64,000 nucleotides of DNA from Candidatus Curtissbacteria bacterium (lineage in GTDB: Bacteria > Patescibacteriota > Microgenomatia > Curtissbacterales > GWA2-41-24), in assembly GCA_030647775.1 (NCBI GenBank), contig JAUSJC010000010.1:338646-402645 (forward strand). The letters run 5' to 3'. The translations under genes were made by a program, and so were the position numbers. Shown one piece after another: positions 28,954 to 37,035 of this stretch. Under the pieces are notes generated by a model. That model was given only the letters and a program-made list of their open reading frames with translations. It was not told where the DNA came from and searched no databases. Position 1 is the first letter of the stretch, and every line of letters starts with the position of its first letter.

Positions 28954-30716
28954 CTCAAGGATTTATTTCGAGCGAAAAAACTCCGGAGATGAAACGAATT
29001 TTGAGCGAAAATCAGAGAACCACAACCTTCAGGCTGTGGGGATCTATTTCTAAAAATAAATTGGTAATCTCTTTTATTTTTGCCATTACTGCGATCAGCT
29101 TTTTCTTAAGGTTATATCAATTAGGTAATGTTCCAAACGGGCTGTCAGCAGATGAAGCAGATATGGCATATAATGCTTTTTCTATTCTTAAAACCGGTAA
29201 GGATGTTTATGGAAGGCATCTTCCCATATTTTTTCAGTCTCTTGATGGTTTTGTCCCGGGTTTCGGGATATACGCGTCTATTCCGACAATTTACATATTT
29301 GGCTTAAACGATTTTGCTATTAGGCTTTTACCTGCCGCGATTGGCGCGCTTACGCCGCTTCTAATGTATTTTCTAGCTAAAATTCTTTATCCCAAGAAGA
29401 AATATTTACCTATAATTTGTGCAATTTTAACAACTTTTGCCCCTTGGAATATAGCTATTTCTAGGGCACTCTGGCTGTACATTGAACTTATTTTTTTCTA
29501 TATCTTATTTCTTATCATTTTTTTACTGGGTATTCAAAAAAATTTTAAATTAATTATTTTAAGTGCATTAGTGCTCGTTTTGACTCAATATATTTATCTT
29601 GCGGCAATTCTTTATCTTCCGCTAATAGTTATTACTGTCACAATTATTTATAGAAAAAACTTTTCCAAAAATTTAAAAATAAGTCTTCTGGCATTATCTT
29701 TATTAATTATTTTATCTTTACCGAGTATTGTTTACTACTTAAATCAAAGCTCAAGGGGACGATTAAACTCGATTTCGATTTTTCAGAATGATGTAACGCT
29801 TCCGATATCAATATCAGAAAAGCAACAGGATATTAAAAATAACGATAACTTTAGTGCTTTATTGCATAATCGCAGACTGGTATATTTAATCGATTCGGTA
29901 GAAAACTATTTCAAATACATAAATTTTAGTGCCCTTTTCGTTAATAGTAGTGGTATTCGGCTGTTTTATGTAAACTACGTTGGATTATTTTATCTTATTG
30001 AACTGCCTTTTTTCCTATTTGGATTCTTATATCTTATAAATGATATTAGGAAAGAGCACAATCTTCTTGTCGCAAGTTTATTTCTGATCGGGCCCATACC
30101 CGCTATATTTATACTCGGAGCCACTTTTTTTCATAGATCTATTTTATTTTTACTGGCAATTCAAATTATTTCAGCAGTCGGGATTAACAATTTTTATGAA
30201 CAAATAAAGAAAACTAAAGTTAAATATTGGTTACATATTGTTATCTTTCTTGTCCTTGTGTATATGTCAAGCATATATTTCTTTTTGCACCAGTATTTTA
30301 TCCATTCACCAAACGAGTTTACTTCTGAAGATGATAATGGGGCGTGGTTTTCTACGGTAAAAAATGCTATTCCAATAGTTAATGAAAATAAAACAAAATA
30401 CGAGAAAATAGTTTTCACTTGGTCTAAGAGCAAACTTATTCCCCCCGTTTACTTTCTTTTTTACAACAAAGTTGATCCTTCTGTAATGCAAAAAAAGGCT
30501 TCCGGTTGGACGAACGAACCGCCCTCTTATAAACAGATCTACAATCAAATTGACAATATTGAATTTAGGTCAATTAACTGGCTTCAAGACAAAAATCTCA
30601 AAAGCGCTCTTTTTATTGGGTACCCGAGCGATTTTCCGGAGGACGTAAAAAACGTAGTTGCAAAAACGTATCTGCCAAACGGCGAGGTTCATTTTCTTGT
30701 TGTTAAAAATCCCTAA
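28950..30716 (+). CDS. PMT_2/ArnT-like (GT83/GT39-type) membrane glycosyltransferase
   Basis: 'FFLRLYQLGNVPNGLSADEADMAYNAFS' is a textbook first-loop motif. 12+ TM helices plus a C-terminal periplasmic domain. The first ~30 codons overlap repeat copy C, so the real start may be downstream. Confidence 0.6.
   Translation: MTQGFISSEKTPEMKRILSENQRTTTFRLWGSISKNKLVISFIFAITAISFFLRLYQLGNVPNGLSADEADMAYNAFSILKTGKDVYGRHLPIFFQSLDGFVPGFGIYASIPTIYIFGLNDFAIRLLPAAIGALTPLLMYFLAKILYPKKKYLPIICAILTTFAPWNIAISRALWLYIELIFFYILFLIIFLLGIQKNFKLIILSALVLVLTQYIYLAAILYLPLIVITVTIIYRKNFSKNLKISLLALSLLIILSLPSIVYYLNQSSRGRLNSISIFQNDVTLPISISEKQQDIKNNDNFSALLHNRRLVYLIDSVENYFKYINFSALFVNSSGIRLFYVNYVGLFYLIELPFFLFGFLYLINDIRKEHNLLVASLFLIGPIPAIFILGATFFHRSILFLLAIQIISAVGINNFYEQIKKTKVKYWLHIVIFLVLVYMSSIYFFLHQYFIHSPNEFTSEDDNGAWFSTVKNAIPIVNENKTKYEKIVFTWSKSKLIPPVYFLFYNKVDPSVMQKKASGWTNEPPSYKQIYNQIDNIEFRSINWLQDKNLKSALFIGYPSDFPEDVKNVVAKTYLPNGEVHFLVVKNP
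28965..29049 (+). repeat. Junction repeat element, copy C (long form)
   Basis: TTTCGAGCGAAAAAACTCCGGAGATGAAACGAATTTTGAGCGAAAATCAGAGAACCACAACCTTCAGGCTGTGGGGATCTATTT. Confidence 0.8.
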
Positions 30717-30827
30717 CAAAATACCGGGTTTCCCTTGCGCTTATCCGGCCGTACACTTATTCATAATCTCTTGTAGTATCATTGATCTTGCTCGTGTTTA
30801 CAATTTAAATAGCACCTAAATTATAAG

Positions 30828-31715
30828 ATGAAAATAAATTCTTCCAGAAAGTGTCCAAACTGCAGTTCGGCGGAAAAAACCACATTATTATATCCGTCCG
30901 TAAACAAGTTTAAAATTTTCATTTGTCATAACTGTCGAAACGGTTATACTTACCCGGTTCCGAGTAATATTTCCAAATACTACCATTCGAACTACTGGAT
31001 AACTCCCGGCATATTAGGAAAGATAAAAAATCTAGTATTTAAGGTATTTCAAGCAAGAAGGGATAAATGGTTGAAAAAATATTTGATTAAAGGGCGTATT
31101 TTGGAAATAGGTTCAGGTGAAGGCAATTTCGCCAACGCATTAAAAGGGAATTATGAAATTACTTGTATAGAACATCCTGGTGCAAAAATAAATAACAGGA
31201 AAGTATTGAAAGTCGACTTCTTGAAATGGAAAACACACAAAAAATTTGATGGTGTATTTTTTTGGGAGAGTTTAGAGCATGTTCCCACACCCGTTGAATA
31301 TTTAAAAAAATCATTTAATTTATTAACAGATAATGGGTTTTTATTTATAGAATTACCCCGGTTTGACTGTTTAGAATCACGTATTTTTAAAAAACATTGG
31401 TTTCACCTTGATCCACCTAGACACTTAGTCCATATCACAAGTTCCGGTTTGGACGGCTTGTTTTCACGGTCTGGTTTTATGAAAATCGAGAAAAAAGATG
31501 TTTTTGCCGTTGAATACGTACTTTGGGGTTTTCTTGAAAGCTTCTTGGATATAATCGGAATAAAATCTACTGACTATTTCAAAAAAAGTAAGTTTCCGTT
31601 CTTTTTATTATTCCTTTTTCCTATTCTGGCGTTTGCCACAGTAGCAGAATTATTTTTCTTTCTCATAAAGGAGTCGCCAATAAATTTTGTTGTAGCAAGG
31701 AAGCGTAATGGTTAA
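30828..31715 (+). CDS. Zinc-ribbon-fused class I SAM methyltransferase with C-terminal TM helix
   Basis: 'CPNCSS...ICHNCRNGY' zinc ribbon. Motif I 'ILEIGSGEGNFANAL'. C-terminal hydrophobic 'FPFFLLFLFPILAFATVAELFFFLI'. Paralogue of 9009..9890. Confidence 0.6.
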   Translation: MKINSSRKCPNCSSAEKTTLLYPSVNKFKIFICHNCRNGYTYPVPSNISKYYHSNYWITPGILGKIKNLVFKVFQARRDKWLKKYLIKGRILEIGSGEGNFANALKGNYEITCIEHPGAKINNRKVLKVDFLKWKTHKKFDGVFFWESLEHVPTPVEYLKKSFNLLTDNGFLFIELPRFDCLESRIFKKHWFHLDPPRHLVHITSSGLDGLFSRSGFMKIEKKDVFAVEYVLWGFLESFLDIIGIKSTDYFKKSKFPFFLLFLFPILAFATVAELFFFLIKESPINFVVARKRNG

Positions 31716-32502
31716 GAAAAAGAAAGTCATTGCAATATTAATAGCTTACAATGCCGAGGGAACTCTTAAAGAATTTTATAAGAGTCTTCCGAAACATTTG
31801 TTTGACGAAATTCTTCTTTTCGATGATGCATCACAAGATGACACTTCGAAAATTTCACAAAGTCTTGGCATTTTGACATATAAAAATAAATTTAATCTAG
31901 GATATGGAGGAAATCTTAAAAAGGCATTAGTTACCGCTCTCTCAAAAGGCGCAGATATAATTGTGGATATACACCCGGATAATGAATACAAATCGACAGC
32001 AATCGCAGGTGCACTGGAAGAAGTTCAAAAAGGGTCAGAACTGGTTGTAGGTAACCGTTTCTCGAGCCTAAGTTACATAGCCCAAAAAAGCGGAATGTTT
32101 ATCTGGAAAATAATTCCAATTCTTCTGCTTAACACAATTTCCGGATTTTTCTTAAAAATAAATATAAATGATTTTCATCAAGGGTTTAGGGTGTATACAA
32201 AATCCTTACTAAAAAAAATAAACTTCGAAGAAAATTCAAACAACTATATTTTCAGCTTCGAATTAATAACCCAAGCCCAGATGGTAAATGCTGTCATTTC
32301 TGAAGTACCAGTCGAAACATCGTATGTCGGGAAAAAGCGGGGAGCCGGGTTTACGAGCAGTGTTAATTACACTTTAAGCACGTTTAAGGTCATTTTTATG
32401 TATTTAACGGCAGGCTTAGGAGCAAAATACAAAATATTCAAAAGGCCGGATCAAAACCTAAATCACCGGATAACTAAACTCACAAAACAATATAATTTGT
32501 GA
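31708..32502 (+). CDS. GT2 polyprenyl-phosphate sugar synthase-like (DPM1/GtrB/ArnC-type) with C-terminal TM
   Basis: 'VIAILIAYNAEGTL...ILLFDDASQDDT'. C-terminal hydrophobic tail. Confidence 0.65.
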   Translation: MVKKKKVIAILIAYNAEGTLKEFYKSLPKHLFDEILLFDDASQDDTSKISQSLGILTYKNKFNLGYGGNLKKALVTALSKGADIIVDIHPDNEYKSTAIAGALEEVQKGSELVVGNRFSSLSYIAQKSGMFIWKIIPILLLNTISGFFLKININDFHQGFRVYTKSLLKKINFEENSNNYIFSFELITQAQMVNAVISEVPVETSYVGKKRGAGFTSSVNYTLSTFKVIFMYLTAGLGAKYKIFKRPDQNLNHRITKLTKQYNL

Positions 32503-32557
32503 AAAGAGATGAAAAATAGGGTGGTAACAAAACACCAGCCAGAAATTTGTGAAATGC

Positions 32558-33256
32558 CTACACAAAAAATCTTATCTTGATTATATAAAACAATATAAAG
32601 ACCGCTCTCTTGACGAAATAAGAGGCCGTTTTCGCTTGAGTTTTTTTCTTCTTAGCTACAAAATGAACAGGAATCTCTATAAATCTCGTTTTATTTTTGA
32701 CAATAAGAAGCAGCCATTCGGTCAAAAACATCTCGCTGTCGCACTTAAAATATTTTTGCACCCCTTTCCACGCCTTTCTGTTTGTAAGTCTTAATGTACA
32801 TCCGACATCAGTAAGCGGTGAACTCAAAAAAAGAACACTTGTAATTTTTCCGAATAAATCATCTACCAGTCGTCTGGCAAAGGTCATTCCGGAGCTTTTA
32901 GCTATCAGTGGCACATGTGTGCGGCTTCCAAATACGACATCGAAGTCATCGCTATAAGAGAGAAGTTTAAGTATATCTCTCCCGATAAATGTCCCATCTG
33001 CCTCAGTGATAATAACCAAATCCGCCCCGGTTTTGTTCACCCCTTCCCTAATGGCAATGCCCAGACCGGGTTTTGATTGTTTAACATATCTTGCTCTTGT
33101 TCGCGCTAGTGAATCTCCAAGCCTTGAATCTGCTTCCTCCCCAACCACAATAACCTCATCAACATAGCCGGTTGAATCGTAATCCTGGACGACTGACAAT
33201 GCCAAACTATTATTCGCAATCGGAATTATTACTGCAACTGTTTTTTTGCCCCACAT
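32558..33256 (-). CDS. GT2 family glycosyltransferase (DPM1-like)
   Basis: 'VAVIIPIANNSL...VDEVIVVGEEADS', 'ITEADGTF' (DXD-like) and a C-terminal hydrophobic tail. Confidence 0.5.
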   Translation of the reverse strand: MWGKKTVAVIIPIANNSLALSVVQDYDSTGYVDEVIVVGEEADSRLGDSLARTRARYVKQSKPGLGIAIREGVNKTGADLVIITEADGTFIGRDILKLLSYSDDFDVVFGSRTHVPLIAKSSGMTFARRLVDDLFGKITSVLFLSSPLTDVGCTLRLTNRKAWKGVQKYFKCDSEMFLTEWLLLIVKNKTRFIEIPVHFVAKKKKTQAKTASYFVKRAVFILFYIIKIRFFV

Positions 33257-33265
33257 AAATATAGT

Positions 33266-34513
33266 CTACACGATTTTTATTTTAGGAATGGGAATTATAA
33301 ACTTTCCGCCATTTTTTTTAAACTCTCGTTCTTTCTCAATAATTTCGTCAGCAAAATTCCAGGCGAGAATGAGTATATAATCTGGTCTGTCTTTTGCTAT
33401 TCTACTTTCCCCATAAACCGGGATATGAACACCGGGGGTAAATAACCCTTGTTTATATGGAGTGGAATCGACAATGTAGTCTAAAATGTTAGTGCCAATA
33501 CCAAAATAATTAGTCAAAACATTGCCCTTTGCGGCAGCGCCATACCCAATAATTTTTTTTCTCTTTTTCTTCAAATCGGTCAACAGTTCCATAAGCTCAA
33601 CTTTTAAATTTTCAATTCTTCTGGCAAAATCGATCAAAGCCTTTGTTGAATATAAGCCTTGGTTTTCTTCAACAGAAAGCAAATATTTCACGGTATTTAA
33701 GGCCTTATTGCTTTTACGGCTTTTTTTTCTGTGAATCAAACGGATAGAACCGCCATGTATCAAAAGTCGCTGGACACCTATTATCTCAAAACCATATAGG
33801 CTGATCAATTTAATCCAAGGCTTGAGTGAAAAATATGACAGATGTTCATGATAAATAGTATCGAATTCATTTTTTTTAATAAGGTCTACCAAATATGGAA
33901 ATTCTGTAACAAATACACCGTCTTTTGCCAGCAAACTCGCTACACCCTCAAAGACCTGATGCAGATTATCAATATGGGCAATTACGTTAGTCGCGGTTAT
34001 TACATCTGCTTTCCCATATTTTTTCACTATTTGTTTCGCGTTTCGAGCGTTAAAAAATTTTACTTCCGTAGGTATTCCTTTCATCTCTGCAAGCTTCGCT
34101 AAATTTTTTGCAGGATCAATTCCAAGAACTTTAACTTCAAAATTTTTGAAAAAGGTCAATAGGCTTCCATCATTAGATCCAATATCTACTACCAGTGAAG
34201 ATTTATTCAATTTGAACTCCTTGTATATTTGAAAAGCAAGATTGCCAAAGTTATTCATCATAACCTTGGCCATAGAAGGGATGTAAACATAGTTTTTGAA
34301 CATCAGTGCGGGGTTAACAACAATAGAAAGTTGTACCAAACAACAGTCTTCACAAAATAAACATGCAAGTTCAAATTTCTGCTCGGAAGTTTTTAATTTA
34401 TCTCTTTCTAAGAAGCCATTCGGTATCGGCATAGACCCTAAATCGAGAAATTTAAAAAGCCGCCTGCTATGACAAATTCTGCATTTTTCCACATCTCTAT
34501 AAGCTTTTTTCAT
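33266..34513 (-). CDS. Zinc-binding SAM-dependent sugar C-methyltransferase-like enzyme
   Basis: N-term 'CRICHSRRL...CEDCCLVQL' zinc-binding domain. Motif I 'VVDIGSNDGSL'. Long C-terminal domain, about 415 aa. Confidence 0.6.
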   Translation of the reverse strand: MKKAYRDVEKCRICHSRRLFKFLDLGSMPIPNGFLERDKLKTSEQKFELACLFCEDCCLVQLSIVVNPALMFKNYVYIPSMAKVMMNNFGNLAFQIYKEFKLNKSSLVVDIGSNDGSLLTFFKNFEVKVLGIDPAKNLAKLAEMKGIPTEVKFFNARNAKQIVKKYGKADVITATNVIAHIDNLHQVFEGVASLLAKDGVFVTEFPYLVDLIKKNEFDTIYHEHLSYFSLKPWIKLISLYGFEIIGVQRLLIHGGSIRLIHRKKSRKSNKALNTVKYLLSVEENQGLYSTKALIDFARRIENLKVELMELLTDLKKKRKKIIGYGAAAKGNVLTNYFGIGTNILDYIVDSTPYKQGLFTPGVHIPVYGESRIAKDRPDYILILAWNFADEIIEKEREFKKNGGKFIIPIPKIKIV

Positions 34514-34583
34514 AGAGTTAATAATAGGGCTATCGGAGATTATTAATCAAGTTCAAGATTATGAGTCGAATTGGTGAAGACTT

Positions 34584-34668
34584 ATTCTGAGCGAAAATCA
34601 GAGAACCACGGCCTTAGTTCGCAAGCTCACGTTTTTGCTTCGCAAAAAGAGGCCGTGGGAATCTATTT
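34584..34668 (+). repeat. Junction repeat element, copy D (short form with 37-bp hairpin insertion)
   Basis: ATTCTGAGCGAAAATCAGAGAACCACGGCC-TTAG-[TTCGCAAGCTCACGTTTTTGCTTCGCAAAAAGA]-GGCCGTGGGAATCTATTT. Outer perfect 8-bp inverted repeat CCACGGCC/GGCCGTGG. Inner perfect hairpin TTTTTGC-TTC-GCAAAAA. Confidence 0.8.
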
Positions 34669-36321
34669 AAACTTTAAAATATCAAAATATGGCCCGGTAC
34701 GTTCTAGGCTATACATTGAAAACGTCTCCCCATTATCATAGCTCTCAAAATTAGAAGCGGCTTCGTATAATGCTTCTGGTAGTATTCCACGATATGCAAG
34801 CCCGCTTTTCAAAGGGCTAAAGGTGGCTACCTTTTTCAGCAAATTAGGGTTTTGTGAATAAATACTGTCTTTCGGGTAGTAGTAGTAGTCTATGACATAA
34901 GAAATAGGATAATCGCCTGTTGCGTTGTTAAGTTTTTCCATTTTCGTTTTGCCGCCCGCGGGTGCCGTGTAGACAATGTTTCTCATATTAGGCAAGTAGT
35001 TACCGCTAAGCACAGTTGCTTCCTGATAATAATTAGGCTGGAATTTTTGTCCATTTAAAATTGCTTCTTTTGAAGGAACGAAAGTTTGATATCTTCCTCC
35101 TAAATAAGCAATAGGTTCTCGCGGGTTAATATTTCGAGCGATCCAATCTCTTGCCTGAATGAAAGTCGGTTCTTTCAAAAAAATATAATTCCAGTAAAAA
35201 GAATTAAAACCTGCAACAAAAAAAATTACCGTCAGGGTAAAAAATTTCAAAGGCCAGCTATTTTCCAATAAGCGCCATTTAAGGCCATTCCAAGTGGCAA
35301 AAGCCGCAAAAGGGATGAGTAGAAAAATTGCAATATTAAAATAATGCAAAACGGGGTAAAGAAAAAACAATGCAAAAACAAAATTAGCAATGAGGAAATA
35401 AAATACGAGCCTTGCTTGTTTGCTAAAGGTTCTAAAACCAAAGACGCTAAGTGTTCCAAATAATAATATTACAAAATCTGTCTTTGCAAAACTTCTGATG
35501 ATAAAAAACAAGTTGGGATTGGTCAAATTATTGATAAGTTTCGCCAATATACCGCTTTCATGTCTGAATAACGCGCCAATAAAGGAATCGGGTCGTAGTT
35601 TTAAAAGAGCGTCCTCAAATCCTGAATGTAAGACTAATCTGCTTAAAATCAAAACAGAAAATGCACTTAGCAAAAGACCGATTATAAATTGGCGTAAATA
35701 CTTTTTTTCAAAGAAGAGAAATATCAGGGGGAAGCTGAAAATCCCAATTTGTAGAAAACCATAAGAAACAATTGCACAAATAAATGCCCATAAAAATTGT
35801 CTCTTTAAACAAAAATATAAAGCCAACAGCAAAAAAAACATTGCTTCGGGCCATGGTCTTGCAAAATGAGACATGTGAACCAAATTGAATGAAAAAGAGG
35901 CAAGCAGTGCAGCCAGCATAGCGATCCGTTTATTCTCGAATAAAAGCTTTGTCAAGTGATAAATTAAAAGAATTGTTAGAGTACCAAAGAATGCCGAGTA
36001 AAATCTCGGTATAAATAAAAAGTAACCCTCATGTGTAATTACAAATTGCCTAAACTCATCAATATTATGGATATTACCCATTGTCTTCATATATAGATAA
36101 GAAAAGCCAATAAAAGGAATTTGGATGTAGGCACTAAGAGGCGTGTAATAAGATTGAGACTTTATCGTTTTTTGTGCAATCATCGTATAAGCTGATATTT
36201 GCGTAATTGCCTCATCGTTAGAGACATAAAGCGATGGGGAACCAAAATTTAAACCCAAAAAACGTAGTCCTACACCAACCAAGACAATTAAAATTAAAAA
36301 TTTACTTTTGAATAACGACAT
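34663..36321 (-). CDS. PMT_2/ArnT-like polytopic membrane glycosyltransferase
   Basis: 'LIVLVGVGLRFLGLNFGSPSLYVSNDEA' first-loop motif. Multiple TM helices. Stop codon supplied by repeat copy D. Confidence 0.55.
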   Translation of the reverse strand: MSLFKSKFLILIVLVGVGLRFLGLNFGSPSLYVSNDEAITQISAYTMIAQKTIKSQSYYTPLSAYIQIPFIGFSYLYMKTMGNIHNIDEFRQFVITHEGYFLFIPRFYSAFFGTLTILLIYHLTKLLFENKRIAMLAALLASFSFNLVHMSHFARPWPEAMFFLLLALYFCLKRQFLWAFICAIVSYGFLQIGIFSFPLIFLFFEKKYLRQFIIGLLLSAFSVLILSRLVLHSGFEDALLKLRPDSFIGALFRHESGILAKLINNLTNPNLFFIIRSFAKTDFVILLFGTLSVFGFRTFSKQARLVFYFLIANFVFALFFLYPVLHYFNIAIFLLIPFAAFATWNGLKWRLLENSWPLKFFTLTVIFFVAGFNSFYWNYIFLKEPTFIQARDWIARNINPREPIAYLGGRYQTFVPSKEAILNGQKFQPNYYQEATVLSGNYLPNMRNIVYTAPAGGKTKMEKLNNATGDYPISYVIDYYYYPKDSIYSQNPNLLKKVATFSPLKSGLAYRGILPEALYEAASNFESYDNGETFSMYSLERTGPYFDILKFK

Positions 36322-36389
36322 TTAACAATTAATTTATCATTCACCCTAGAGTATACATTTAAAAGTTCCTGTGCTACAATTTTTTTTTA

Positions 36390-37025
36390 ATGAAAACGAT
36401 ACAAAAATTTGATGAGAAATTTATCGAGTTCAACAAGAGTTATTATAAAGATATAGAAGATTACGATTGGGTGGAGGTAACCGACAAATTAAAGGGCTTG
36501 GAATCTTTTTTCCATAAACTTAGGGAATACTGGGTCCTAAGACTTATTAATAAGAACCTTCGAGGTACCGTAATTTTAGACGCTGGTTGCGGAACCGGCC
36601 TAATATTAAGACACCTGCCTCATGGTTCTTATGGGGTCGATATTAACCCCAGAAACATAAAAAGGGCAAAAGTTCACGCACCGAAAGCGCAAATCGTCAA
36701 AGCCGATATTGAAAAACTTCCGTTTAAAGATAATTTTTTTTCCACAATAGTTTGCACGGAAGTCATAGAACACCAGCCGGATCCCAATCCGACCATCAAA
36801 GAATTTATAAGGGTGCTTCAAAAAGGGGGAGTTTTAATTGGCAGTGTTCCAAGCGATTCCCCGATATGGTTTTTAAGGTTCCTCTCCAGTACTTGTCCGC
36901 GAGGCGAACCTTTTCATAAAAATTTTAAATGTAAAGAATTAAAAAGTTTGTTTAGGGAATTTAAAATCCTTCACCTTGCCAGGTCTGTTTTGGGGATGAG
37001 CTACTTCTTCGTTCTAGAAAAATAA
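36390..37025 (+). CDS. Class I SAM-dependent methyltransferase
   Basis: Motif I 'ILDAGCGTGLILRHL'. 'TIVCTEVIEH'. Confidence 0.6.
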   Translation: MKTIQKFDEKFIEFNKSYYKDIEDYDWVEVTDKLKGLESFFHKLREYWVLRLINKNLRGTVILDAGCGTGLILRHLPHGSYGVDINPRNIKRAKVHAPKAQIVKADIEKLPFKDNFFSTIVCTEVIEHQPDPNPTIKEFIRVLQKGGVLIGSVPSDSPIWFLRFLSSTCPRGEPFHKNFKCKELKSLFREFKILHLARSVLGMSYFFVLEK

Positions 37026-37035
37026 TTATAACCAT

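Noticed and set aside
30783-30810. Sigma70-like promoter TTGATC-N16-TTAAAT upstream of 30828..31715
   Set aside because: The match to consensus is weak. In an AT-rich genome of unknown lineage such hexamers occur by chance, so it is not reported as a feature.
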